NCBI GenBank assembly: GCA_947165085.1
Contig: CAMUZA010000002.1
Span: 6,844 to 70,843 of the forward strand
Source of the DNA: an uncultured Clostridia bacterium
GTDB taxonomy: Bacteria > Bacillota > Clostridia > Oscillospirales > Oscillospiraceae
Length of the DNA stretch: 64,000 bases
Direction: 5' to 3'
Part shown: one piece after another, positions 30,792-39,935 of the stretch
Numbering within the stretch: the first letter of the stretch is position 1
Layout of the letters: each line of letters starts with the position of its first letter
The notes under the pieces: model-generated
Told to the model about the DNA's origin: nothing
Databases searched by the model: none
The model's input: only the letters and a program-made list of their open reading frames with translations
Position numbers and translations under genes: made by a program

Positions 30792-31796
30792 TTATTTCGT
30801 ATGCTTTACAATAAAGTTCCAACTGTCGCGGCACATATCCTCGACAGTCTTCTCCGTCTTCCAGTGCAGCACGCGCTCCGCTTTTTCGGCATTCGCGTAG
30901 CACCGCGCAAGATCGCCGTCGCGTCTTCCGCCGATGACGTAGGGAACGTCCACGCCGTTCACGCGGATAAAGGTGTGCAGCAGCTCCAGCACGGACACGC
31001 CGTTGCCCGTGCCGAGGTTGATCGCCTCGGCGCCGGTATGCACCGCGGCATAATCAAGCGCACAGATATGACCCTTTGCAAGGTCAACGACGTGCAGATA
31101 ATCCCGCAGGCATGTGCCGTCCGGCGTATCGTAGTCGTTGCCGAAGACAGTCAGCTTTTCGAGCTGTCCGCCCGCGACACGCGCGATATACGGCATAAGA
31201 TTGTTCGGAATGCCGTTCGGATCGTCACCGATCAAGCCGGATTCATGCGCGCCGACAGGGTTAAAGTAGCGCAGCAGTACGGCGGAGAAATCCGGATTTG
31301 CAGTGACGTAGTCGCGGATGATCTGCTCGATCATCGCCTTCGTCCAGCCATAAGGATTGGTTGCTACGTGGCAGGGCATCTCCTCGTTGTACGGCACGGG
31401 GTTGTCCGGTCCGTACACGGTTGCGGACGAAGAAAAGACAAGCCGCTTGCAGCCGTACTTTTCCATCGTTTCCAGCAGCGTCAGCGTGCTGTCCAGATTG
31501 TTGCGGTAATATGCCAGCGGGATGCGGCAGCTCTCGCCGACCGCTTTCAGCCCCGCAAAATGGATCACCGCATCGATCTCGTTCTCGGAGAAGATCCGCT
31601 CCATCGCGGCGCGATCCTGCGCGTCAGCTTCGTAGAACCTTGGCCGAATACCGGTGATCTGCTCAATATAATCAAGCACGGAGCCATAGGCGTTGCAGAG
31701 ATTGTCCACGATCACTGCACGATGCCCCGCATTCAGCAGTTCCACGCAGGTATGGCTTCCGATGTAACCGAGTCCGCCGGTCAGTAAGACGTTCAT
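30792..31796 (-). CDS. galE: UDP-glucose 4-epimerase
   Basis: GGLGYIGSH, HFAGLKAVGES, SSSATVYG, YGWTK, LRYFNPVGAH. Confidence 0.96.
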   Translation of the reverse strand: MNVLLTGGLGYIGSHTCVELLNAGHRAVIVDNLCNAYGSVLDYIEQITGIRPRFYEADAQDRAAMERIFSENEIDAVIHFAGLKAVGESCRIPLAYYRNNLDSTLTLLETMEKYGCKRLVFSSSATVYGPDNPVPYNEEMPCHVATNPYGWTKAMIEQIIRDYVTANPDFSAVLLRYFNPVGAHESGLIGDDPNGIPNNLMPYIARVAGGQLEKLTVFGNDYDTPDGTCLRDYLHVVDLAKGHICALDYAAVHTGAEAINLGTGNGVSVLELLHTFIRVNGVDVPYVIGGRRDGDLARCYANAEKAERVLHWKTEKTVEDMCRDSWNFIVKHTK

Positions 31797-31811
31797 ATTT
31801 TTTCCTCCTGA

Positions 31812-31982
31812 TTATTGATGCCGCGGCAGAAAGTAGTCATCCGCCGGACGGAAATACGGGCATTCGCCCTTGTGATAGGTCTGAATCCGATACGATTCGT
31901 CTTCGTCGATGTCCTTTGAACAGAAAGACTCATCCGATTCTTCGTCATAATAGTAATTCCAGCAATCTTCACAATTCGGCAT
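31812..31982 (-). CDS. Small acidic Cys-rich protein (56 aa), DUF6472-like; not in the ORF track
   Basis: Translated by hand: MPNCEDCWNYYYDEESDESFCSKDIDEDESYRIQTYHKGECPYFRPADDYFLPRHQ after AGGAGG. Confidence 0.75.
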   Translation of the reverse strand: MPNCEDCWNYYYDEESDESFCSKDIDEDESYRIQTYHKGECPYFRPADDYFLPRHQ

Positions 31983-31993
31983 GGAATCGCCTC

Positions 31994-32641
31994 CTAACGA
32001 AAGATCTCGCCGTTCTCGTCATATACCTCAAGTCTGCGGTAGCGGACGAAATCCGGCTTGTCCTGCGGCAGATACCGTTCGATCGCGGTGGTCAGCAGCG
32101 CCGGATTCAGCGAAGGATTCTGGGCGCTGATCCGCGCGGTCAGCAGAATCCGATCCTCAACGACAGTCAGCTCCGTGTTATGGATCATCGGGCGGACGTC
32201 CGTTTCATCCATGCCGCGCTTTGTACGCTTTTCCACAAGCAGCGATTCGCCGTTCAGCAGCGCGCCGATCCGCTGCGCCGCGCCGTCGGGAACGCCGCGG
32301 TCGTACAGCATCGTCAGCGAAGCGGAAAGCTCCGTCAGGAATTTTGCCTTTCTGTCGCTCTCATACACCTTCAAAACGCGCACGCCCTGCGGCAAAACGG
32401 CGTTCATATCCTTCGGCTCGATCGCAATATCCGCGTCAATCTCATATTCCATGATCTCGCAGACGCTTTCCGTGCCGACGCTTAACGGCAGAAGCATGGA
32501 CACGTAGGCGTGCGGCGTGTAGCCCTGCGAGTGGTGCAGAACGACGCCCGCTCTGCGGAACGCACGCTGCATCAGCCGCATCAGGTCCAGATGAGACATC
32601 CAGATCGCCGTACCCGTCTTTTCAAGCAGCATTCTACGCAT
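31994..32641 (-). CDS. TIGR03936 family radical SAM-associated protein
   Basis: K.G.AIWMSHLDLMR..QRAFRRAG...SQGYTPH..LPLSVG.ES..E; overlaps the TIGR03960 stop. Confidence 0.88.
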   Translation of the reverse strand: MRRMLLEKTGTAIWMSHLDLMRLMQRAFRRAGVVLHHSQGYTPHAYVSMLLPLSVGTESVCEIMEYEIDADIAIEPKDMNAVLPQGVRVLKVYESDRKAKFLTELSASLTMLYDRGVPDGAAQRIGALLNGESLLVEKRTKRGMDETDVRPMIHNTELTVVEDRILLTARISAQNPSLNPALLTTAIERYLPQDKPDFVRYRRLEVYDENGEIFR

Positions 32642-34469
32642 CGCATCTGCCTCCCTTCAGAAGACAGCTTGCGCCGCAGCCGCTGCATTTCGTGCGGCAG
32701 TCCGGGGTCGTCTCGTTGCGATAGGCGCGTTCTTTTTCCTTTTTCAGGAACAACGTGCTCACGCCGTCAGAGATCACGCTCCACGGCAGCAGCTCGTCAA
32801 GATCATACCCGCGCGTCGTGTAGAAATCCGGATCGACGCCGCAGGCGGCTAAGCTGTCCATCCACGTCTGATACGAAAAGTATTCATCCCATCCGTCGAG
32901 CTTTCCCCCGCGATTGACGACTTCCTCCAAAACGGCGCACAGTCGCCGGTCGCCGCGGGCAAGCACAGCTTCCAGACGGCTCAGATCGGAGGCGTGCCAG
33001 TTATATTCAATGCTCTTTGACGGCATATTGTCCTTGAGCAGCTTCTGACGGCGCATGTATTCTTCCGGCGTGATCTGCTTTTCCCACTGGAAGGGCGTAA
33101 ACGGCTTCGGGACAAAATACGCCGTCGCCACATGGATGCGCACGCCGCGCTTTTTGTTGCTCGCGTGCTCGCGCCATGTCTTCAGTATCTTATAGACCAG
33201 TTCTGCAATGCCGAGCACATCCTCGTCCGTTTCCGTCGGCAGACCGAGCATGAAATAGAGCTTGACATTGTTCCAGCCGCCCTCGAAGGCGATGGCGCAG
33301 GTTTCCAGGATTTCTTCTTCGGTGACGTTCTTGTTGATCGCGTCACGCAGCCGCTGCGTTCCCGCCTCAGGCGCAAAGGTCAGTCCGCTCTTTCGCACCT
33401 GCTGCAGCCGCAGCATCAGTTCGCGCGAAAAATTGTCCGCGCGCAGCGACGGCAGAGAAAGATTGATCTTTCGCGGCGTGCAGTAATCCTGCATTTGCTG
33501 CGCCAGTACAGGCAGATTCTTATAATCTGAGGTGGACAGGCTCGACAGAGTGATCTCATGGCAGCCCGAGTTTTCCAGCGATTCGATCGCCTGCCGAAGC
33601 AGCAGCTCCGGCGAACGCGGGCGAACCGGTCGGTAGGTAAAGCCCGCCTGGCAGAAGCGGCAGCCGCGGATGCAGCCGCGCATGACTTCCAGATTGGACC
33701 GGTCGTGTACGATCTCCGTGTTCGGTACGATGATGTCCGTCGGATAAAGCGCTTCGTCCAGATTCTGCATGATCCGCTTCGTAACGGTTGTCGGCGCGCC
33801 GTGCAGCGGCGTGATCGCCTTCAGCGTCCCGTCCTCGTTGTAGGTATGCTCATAAAAAGACGGTACGTAGACGCCGTTCAGCTTACTGACAGCAAGCAGG
33901 AATGCGTCTTTGCTCCAGCTCTCACGCTTTGCTTTGCGGTAAAGTGATACGATCTCTTCCGTCAGTTCTTCACCCTCGCCGAGCGAGAAAAAATCAACAA
34001 AGTCCGCTAACGGCTCCGGATTGTAGGTACAGGCGCCTCCTGCAAAAACAATATGCTCCAAACCGTTCCGATCCGCTGATCTGCGCGGGATCCCGCCCAG
34101 ATCGAGCATATTCAGGACATTCGTGTAGCACATTTCGTAGCCGATGGTGAAAGCAATCATGTCAAAATCGGCCAGCGGGTCGCCGCTTTCCAGCGCATAG
34201 AGCGGGATATGATTCTTCCGAAGCTCCTCCTCCATATCCCCCCACGGAGCGAAGACGCGCTCGCACCAAACGCCCTCCATGCGGTTCATTACCGCATAGA
34301 GAATACGCATGCCGAGATTGGACATGCCGATCTCATAAGTGTCCGGGAAGCAAAACGCGACCCGGACATCCACCTGATCAATATTCTTTATGATTTGATT
34401 GTATTCTCCCCCGACGTATCGCGCAGGCTTCTGCACCCTCGGGAGAATACGTTCTAACTTTTCACTCAT
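32634..34469 (-). CDS. TIGR03960 family B12-binding-like radical SAM protein
   Basis: VQKPARYVGGE, FPDTYEIGMSNLG, CxxxCxxC (GCIRGCRFCQAG), FAPEAGTQRLR. Confidence 0.9.
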   Translation of the reverse strand: MSEKLERILPRVQKPARYVGGEYNQIIKNIDQVDVRVAFCFPDTYEIGMSNLGMRILYAVMNRMEGVWCERVFAPWGDMEEELRKNHIPLYALESGDPLADFDMIAFTIGYEMCYTNVLNMLDLGGIPRRSADRNGLEHIVFAGGACTYNPEPLADFVDFFSLGEGEELTEEIVSLYRKAKRESWSKDAFLLAVSKLNGVYVPSFYEHTYNEDGTLKAITPLHGAPTTVTKRIMQNLDEALYPTDIIVPNTEIVHDRSNLEVMRGCIRGCRFCQAGFTYRPVRPRSPELLLRQAIESLENSGCHEITLSSLSTSDYKNLPVLAQQMQDYCTPRKINLSLPSLRADNFSRELMLRLQQVRKSGLTFAPEAGTQRLRDAINKNVTEEEILETCAIAFEGGWNNVKLYFMLGLPTETDEDVLGIAELVYKILKTWREHASNKKRGVRIHVATAYFVPKPFTPFQWEKQITPEEYMRRQKLLKDNMPSKSIEYNWHASDLSRLEAVLARGDRRLCAVLEEVVNRGGKLDGWDEYFSYQTWMDSLAACGVDPDFYTTRGYDLDELLPWSVISDGVSTLFLKKEKERAYRNETTPDCRTKCSGCGASCLLKGGRCDA

Positions 34470-35335
34470 TTACAATTAACCAAATCGGTCAGATATTGAC
34501 CGTATTCCGTCATTTTCAGTTCATTGCCGATCTGAAGGAGCTGTTCGTCAGAGATAAACCCCTGCTGCCATGCGATTTCCTCCGGGCAGGCGATATACAT
34601 GCCCTGCCTTGTCTGCACCGCCTCGACGTACTGCGCGGCGTTGAGCATGCCCTCCGGCGTGCCGGTGTCGAGCCACGCAAGCCCTCTGCCGAAAAGCTGA
34701 ACGGTCAGCTTTCCGCGTTTGAGGTACTCTTCATTCAAGGACGTGATTTCCAGCTCGCCTCTTGCCGACGGCGTCAGCGTTTTCGCGTATTGCACCGCGT
34801 TTGCGTCGTAGAAGTACAAACCGGGAACGGCATAATGCGACTTCGGATTCTTCGGTTTTTCCTCAATGGAAACAACGCGGCGCTCTTTGTCAAATTCCAC
34901 GACGCCGTAGGCGCTCGGATTTTTGACAGGATAGCCGAAGACCGTCGCGCCCTCGGTGCGCTGCGCCGCCTCCCTGACATGCTCCTCGAGCTTGCCGCCG
35001 TAGAACATGTTGTCGCCGAGTATCAGACAGCAGCGGTCGCCCGCGATGAAGTCCTCCGCGATCAGGAAAGCGTCTGCGATGCCGCGCGCGACGTATTGTA
35101 TGCCGTATTTTACCTGAATACCAAATTGCGAACCGTCGCCAAGCAGACGCTTGTAGGCGTCGACGTCAGCAGGCGCGGTGATCAGCATGATTTCCCGAAT
35201 CCCTGCCATCAGAAGAACGGACAGCGGATAATAGACCATCGGCTTATCATAAATTGGGATCAGCGGCTTGGAGACCGCTTTCGTCATGGGATAAAGCCTG
35301 CTTCCCTTTCCGCCGGCAAGAATGATACCTTTCAT
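34466..35335 (-). CDS. rmlA: Glucose-1-phosphate thymidylyltransferase (distal copy)
   Basis: [44 protein letters not shown]. Confidence 0.95.
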   Translation of the reverse strand: MKGIILAGGKGSRLYPMTKAVSKPLIPIYDKPMVYYPLSVLLMAGIREIMLITAPADVDAYKRLLGDGSQFGIQVKYGIQYVARGIADAFLIAEDFIAGDRCCLILGDNMFYGGKLEEHVREAAQRTEGATVFGYPVKNPSAYGVVEFDKERRVVSIEEKPKNPKSHYAVPGLYFYDANAVQYAKTLTPSARGELEITSLNEEYLKRGKLTVQLFGRGLAWLDTGTPEGMLNAAQYVEAVQTRQGMYIACPEEIAWQQGFISDEQLLQIGNELKMTEYGQYLTDLVNCK

Positions 35336-35381
35336 TACGCCGCGCCTCCCTTTGATCTATAATTTCATCTAAGGATCAGTT

Positions 35382-36425
35382 TTATCTGAAGCTCTCCAGC
35401 TCCTGGCGGATATATTCCAGCGACAGGAGCTTTTCCTGCACCCGCGTCACGTCCAAAAGCTCGGTATTATTGCTGTTGAATTCGGAAAGCAGATTGCGTT
35501 CCACGTCGCCCTTTCTGTAGAACTTATCGTAATTCAGATTGCGGTTATCGCAGGGAACGCGGTAGAAATTGCCGAGATCCTCCGCGTGCGCGCATTCCTC
35601 GTTCGTCAGCAAGGTCTCATACATCTTTTCACCGTGGCGGATGCCGATCACGCGGATCTCATGTTCCGGCGAAAAGAGCCCGGTCACAGCTTTAGCGAGC
35701 GTTTCAATGGTACAGGCCGGTGCCTTCTGTACGAGAATATCGCCGGACGTGCCGTGCTCAAAGGCAAACAGCACAAGGTCGACTGCTTCGTCCAAAGACA
35801 TGATGAATCTCGTCATGGTCGGCTCCGTGATCGTGATCGGCTCCCCTTCTTTCATCTGCTCGATCCACAGAGGGATCACGCTGCCGCGGGAGCACATGAC
35901 GTTGCCGTAGCGCGTGCAGCAGATCTTCGTCCGCTCCGGCGCGATCGTGCGGCTCTTTGCGACGATGACCTTTTCCATCATCGCCTTGGAAATACCCATT
36001 GCGTTGACCGGATAAGCAGCCTTGTCTGTGGACAGGCAAATAATCGTTTTAACGCCTTCGTCGATCGCCGCCGTCAGAAGATTCTCCGTACCCATGACGT
36101 TCGTGCGGACCGCTTCGATCGGAAAAAATTCACACGAAGGTACCTGCTTGAGCGCCGCCGCGTGGAAAATATAGTCTACGCCGTGGATCGCGTTCTTGAT
36201 CGAAGACAGCTCGCGCACGTCGCCGAGAAAGAACTTGATCTTCTCGGCGGCCTCCGGCATCTTCGTCTGGAACTCATGGCGCATATCGTCCTGCTTTTTC
36301 TCGTCTCGCGAGAAAATACGGATCTCACCGATATCCGTCTGCAAAAAGCGGTTGAGCACCGCATTGCCGAACGACCCGGTTCCGCCTGTAATCAACAGCG
36401 TTTTATTCTCAAAAATCGTACCCAT
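35382..36425 (-). CDS. fnlA: UDP-GlcNAc 4,6-dehydratase/5-epimerase, FnlA/CapE type
   Basis: GGTGSFG, FSRDEKKQDDMR, HAAALKQVPSCEF, STDKAAYPVNAMGISKA, TRYGNVMCSRGSVIP, GIRHGEK. Confidence 0.85.
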   Translation of the reverse strand: MGTIFENKTLLITGGTGSFGNAVLNRFLQTDIGEIRIFSRDEKKQDDMRHEFQTKMPEAAEKIKFFLGDVRELSSIKNAIHGVDYIFHAAALKQVPSCEFFPIEAVRTNVMGTENLLTAAIDEGVKTIICLSTDKAAYPVNAMGISKAMMEKVIVAKSRTIAPERTKICCTRYGNVMCSRGSVIPLWIEQMKEGEPITITEPTMTRFIMSLDEAVDLVLFAFEHGTSGDILVQKAPACTIETLAKAVTGLFSPEHEIRVIGIRHGEKMYETLLTNEECAHAEDLGNFYRVPCDNRNLNYDKFYRKGDVERNLLSEFNSNNTELLDVTRVQEKLLSLEYIRQELESFR

Positions 36426-36479
36426 GATTGAATCCTCTTTTCTTCCGCGTCATGCGGAGGGAATGATGCTTTTTCAGCG

Positions 36480-37721
36480 CTAGATGATGCGATAGTGTTT
36501 CAGCAATTCCTCTCGGTTCCTGGCGATACGGATGCTTTCCGCCATGGAGTTATTCTCGTCAGCCTTTGTTTCATTTTTGTATTTCAGCAGGCGCTTTACC
36601 CATATAAGCGGCAATTTTGCAGGGTGTTCGTTCAGCTCCGGATAATCGCGCGCAAGAATTCGTTTCGGCGGGAACGCCCTGTAAAGCAAGCCCCTTTTCT
36701 TTCGGTTCCCTCTGCTAGCTGCAACAGCCTCCGCCGTCAGCGCGGCGGAATGATGCCGACTCATGGTCGAGCTGCCGTAGATGCCGGCGTCCAAAAGGTC
36801 ACACAGCATCGGCTCTCGGTCTATGCCGATTTCATTCCAGCACGGCGGCAGCTGCAGAGCAATTCCCAAGTCCAGTTTTGCGATCGCAAAAATTGCTGCA
36901 GCAAAATACAGCGCGCGTGCTTCCGAAAGCTTCGACATAAGACGCGCGTGGTCAATCTCGTTTCCGTAGACTTTCATCCACAGGCCGATGTCGCAAACCT
37001 GACGAATGCCGAAGCCGCTGCGGATAAAGTGCTTATAAGCATGCAGAATTAAATAAAGAAGATGATCCTCCGGCGACATCGACCAAACCTTCGCCGCGCC
37101 GCGCTCCACTTCATATTCTCTCGCCCGATCAAAGGCGTCGTCGAAAAAGCTCTGAAGATCGCAAGTTGCGCCGGAATACGGAGAAAAGAGCTGTTGATGC
37201 AGTTCAATATAAAGTGTGCTGTTTGGCATACGCCAGCCAATCTCAAAAGCAGTGTCTGCATTCGTCCGCTCATCGCAGACCATGCCGCACTCCTGCAGCA
37301 GTGCGCAAGCCTTCCGAAAGTCCGCTTTCCGTACATAAATGTCCTCGTCCGCACTGACCCGAAGCTCTCCCCCCGGCCAAACCGAACGACACACACAGCC
37401 CTTGACAACAAGCGCGGAAATATCGGCTTGTACCAGTTTTTTATAAACCTCCAGAAACTCAATCCCACGCCGCGCCTGCTGCATAACCTGAATCTTAGAC
37501 TCACGCTTGTATGCTGCAAAATCCGCCCATTGCAATGCAGAATCCCAATCCGTCAATACGTTGACCGCAACAGGAAGCAGCTTTTGCTGCTCAAAAAGCC
37601 TTACAGTGGAATCGCTTACGCTGACGTCAGCGGCTTCTGCATCACAAACCGATTCTGAAAGCGCTATTTTCAGAATGGTCAGGAGGAGTTCTCTATCCGA
37701 ATGTGGGAGCTGATCGTACAT
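36480..37721 (-). CDS. Nucleotidyltransferase family protein (NTP_transf_5-like)
   Basis: VVKG...W P...LR.S.DED, IELH, HAYKHF...GFGIRQVCD; RBS GAGG. Confidence 0.8.
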   Translation of the reverse strand: MYDQLPHSDRELLLTILKIALSESVCDAEAADVSVSDSTVRLFEQQKLLPVAVNVLTDWDSALQWADFAAYKRESKIQVMQQARRGIEFLEVYKKLVQADISALVVKGCVCRSVWPGGELRVSADEDIYVRKADFRKACALLQECGMVCDERTNADTAFEIGWRMPNSTLYIELHQQLFSPYSGATCDLQSFFDDAFDRAREYEVERGAAKVWSMSPEDHLLYLILHAYKHFIRSGFGIRQVCDIGLWMKVYGNEIDHARLMSKLSEARALYFAAAIFAIAKLDLGIALQLPPCWNEIGIDREPMLCDLLDAGIYGSSTMSRHHSAALTAEAVAASRGNRKKRGLLYRAFPPKRILARDYPELNEHPAKLPLIWVKRLLKYKNETKADENNSMAESIRIARNREELLKHYRII

Positions 37722-37786
37722 TATCTAAACCTCAAAGCATTCATGAACAAATTGAAGCAGCAAAAGTCAAAAACAATGTTTACAGT

Positions 37787-38992
37787 TCATGATTCGTCGT
37801 CTGCAGTCTGCCGAATCATGGTGGAGCATCCCATACCTCCGCCGACGCAAAGCGTTGCAAGTCCTGTTCTTGCGCTGCGCTGCTTCATCGCGTGAATCAG
37901 CGTAACCAGGATTCGACAGCCGGACGCTCCGACCGGATGCCCCAGTGCAATTGCGCCACCGTTAACATTCAGCTTCTCAGTCGGTATTCCGAGCTCACGC
38001 TTTACTGCAATCGATTGCGCCGCAAACGCCTCGTTGGCTTCAATCAGTTCCACGTCGCTTAAAGACATGTTGAGTTTTCGAAGCAGCCTTTTCGTGCTTT
38101 CAACCGGTCCGACGCCCATAATCTGAGGATTCACCCCGGCCATTGCGCTGCCCAACCACTCTGCCTGCGGCTGTAATCCGAGCTCGCGCAGCTTGTGTTC
38201 CGAAACGAGCACGACAGCGGCTGCACCGTCATTGATACCGGAGCTGTTGCCTGCCGTTACAAGTCCATCCGGCTTAAATGCCGGTCGCAGCTTTGACAGC
38301 GCTTCTACCGTCGTACCGGCACGAGGCCCCTCATCGGTATCAACGATAACGCTCCCCTTCTTCACACGGATCGTTACGGGAACAATTTCCTCTCGGAAAG
38401 CGCCCTCTGCCAGCGCGCGTTCCGTCTTGCTCTGGGAGTCAGCCGCAAAGGCATCCATCTCATAACGGCTGATCTGCCATTGCTCTGCAACGATTTCTGC
38501 GGTAATGCCCATATGGAAATCGTTCATTGCGTCCCACAGTGCATCTTTTACCATGGTGTCGATAAGCGGTGTGGAAACCATGGGGCTTCCCATGCGATAG
38601 CCATACCGCCCCTGCGTCAGGGCAAAAGGCGCCTGTGACATATTTTCCGTTCCGCCGGCAACGACGATTTCGACGTCGCCGGACTGAATCAGTCTCGCTG
38701 CGGAATTGACCGCCTCAAGTCCGGAACCGCATACAACGTTCAGCGTTTGAGCCGTCGCTGTAAACGGAATACCAGCACGCAGCGCGGCCTGTCTTGCAAC
38801 ATTTTGACCGAGCGCGGCTTGCAGAACGCATCCCATACAGACATGATCGACCTGTTCAGCAGGTACGTTTGCACGTCGCAGCGCTTCGCGGATCACAATC
38901 GCGCCCAATTCAACAGCAGAAACCGTCGACAGCGCGCCGCCCATTTTGCCGATCGGCGTGCGGCAAGCGCCAAGAATGTAAACTTTCTTCAT
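37787..38992 (-). CDS. thl: Acetyl-CoA C-acetyltransferase (biosynthetic thiolase)
   Basis: Catalytic VVCGSG, NEAFAAQ, GHPVGASG and CVGGGMG all intact; start placed at MKKVYI. Confidence 0.95.
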   Translation of the reverse strand: MKKVYILGACRTPIGKMGGALSTVSAVELGAIVIREALRRANVPAEQVDHVCMGCVLQAALGQNVARQAALRAGIPFTATAQTLNVVCGSGLEAVNSAARLIQSGDVEIVVAGGTENMSQAPFALTQGRYGYRMGSPMVSTPLIDTMVKDALWDAMNDFHMGITAEIVAEQWQISRYEMDAFAADSQSKTERALAEGAFREEIVPVTIRVKKGSVIVDTDEGPRAGTTVEALSKLRPAFKPDGLVTAGNSSGINDGAAAVVLVSEHKLRELGLQPQAEWLGSAMAGVNPQIMGVGPVESTKRLLRKLNMSLSDVELIEANEAFAAQSIAVKRELGIPTEKLNVNGGAIALGHPVGASGCRILVTLIHAMKQRSARTGLATLCVGGGMGCSTMIRQTADDES

Positions 38993-39043
38993 ATAACCCC
39001 TCCGATTACGGCATGGAACAGGGCAAAGCATTCCCGTATCCGT

Positions 39044-39883
39044 TTATTGATAGAAGAAGAATCCCTCTCCGCTTTTTCGTCCGAGTTTTCCTGCCCGAAC
39101 CATTTTTCGAAGCAACGGCGCCGGTCTGTATTTGTCGTCGCCGGTCTCGTTCTGAAGCGTATGCATAATTGCCATGACCACGTCCAGCCCGATCAAGTCG
39201 CACAGCGCAAGCGGTCCCATCGGATGATTTGCGCCGAGCTTCATTGCCGTATCAATCTCTTCTGCGGAGGCTGTGCCCTCTGAAAGCAGAAAGACCGCTT
39301 CGTTAATCATTGGTATCAGCAATCGATTCACCACAAAGCCCGGAGAATCCTTTACGCTTACCGGTTCTTTTCCCAGGGAATAAACCAACTGCGCTGCTCG
39401 CTCCAAAACAGCTTGCGGCGTGAGAACGCCGGCAACAAGCTCTACAAGCTTCATGACAGGAGCCGGATTGAAAAAGTGCATGCCGAGCAACGGATGCTTC
39501 AGCCCTGCGCTCAACTCGGTAATCGAAAGAGAGGAAGTATTCGTGGCAAAAACCGCGTCTTTACGAACGATGCTGTCAAGGTCGGAAAAGAGCTCTTTTT
39601 TGACGCGCATATCCTCTTTTACCGCTTCTATCACCCAGTCGGCATCTGCGCCGATCTCCTTCAATCCCGGAACGATCTTAGCGATAGCGGCGTCTGCCTG
39701 CTGCTGCGTCAGCCGCTCCTTTGCAACCGAACGGCCGAGTGATTCTCCAATCAGCCTCTTTCCGTTCTCTGCAAGCTCTGCGGTAACGTCTGTCAGATAG
39801 ACGCATGAAGTCGCTTCACTTTGCGCAAAAATCTGCGCGATGCCGGCTCCCATCGTGCCGGCTCCGATCACCATAACTTTCAT
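39044..39883 (-). CDS. hbd: 3-hydroxybutyryl-CoA dehydrogenase
   Basis: GAGTMGAGIA, EAVKE, TNTSSLSI, GMHFFNPAPVMKLVE, GFVVNR, GANHPMGPL. Confidence 0.93.
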   Translation of the reverse strand: MKVMVIGAGTMGAGIAQIFAQSEATSCVYLTDVTAELAENGKRLIGESLGRSVAKERLTQQQADAAIAKIVPGLKEIGADADWVIEAVKEDMRVKKELFSDLDSIVRKDAVFATNTSSLSITELSAGLKHPLLGMHFFNPAPVMKLVELVAGVLTPQAVLERAAQLVYSLGKEPVSVKDSPGFVVNRLLIPMINEAVFLLSEGTASAEEIDTAMKLGANHPMGPLALCDLIGLDVVMAIMHTLQNETGDDKYRPAPLLRKMVRAGKLGRKSGEGFFFYQ

Positions 39884-39935
39884 ATTCCTGTCCCTTCCAC
39901 GCGGTAAATTCCAAATTACAATCTAAGAGCGGTAT

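Noticed and set aside
37787-39883. thl-hbd as a butyrate fermentation or PHB operon
   Set aside because: No crt, bcd, etfAB, CoA-transferase or phaC in the window. Hbd is not the PhaB type. A split housekeeping pathway cannot be excluded without the whole genome.
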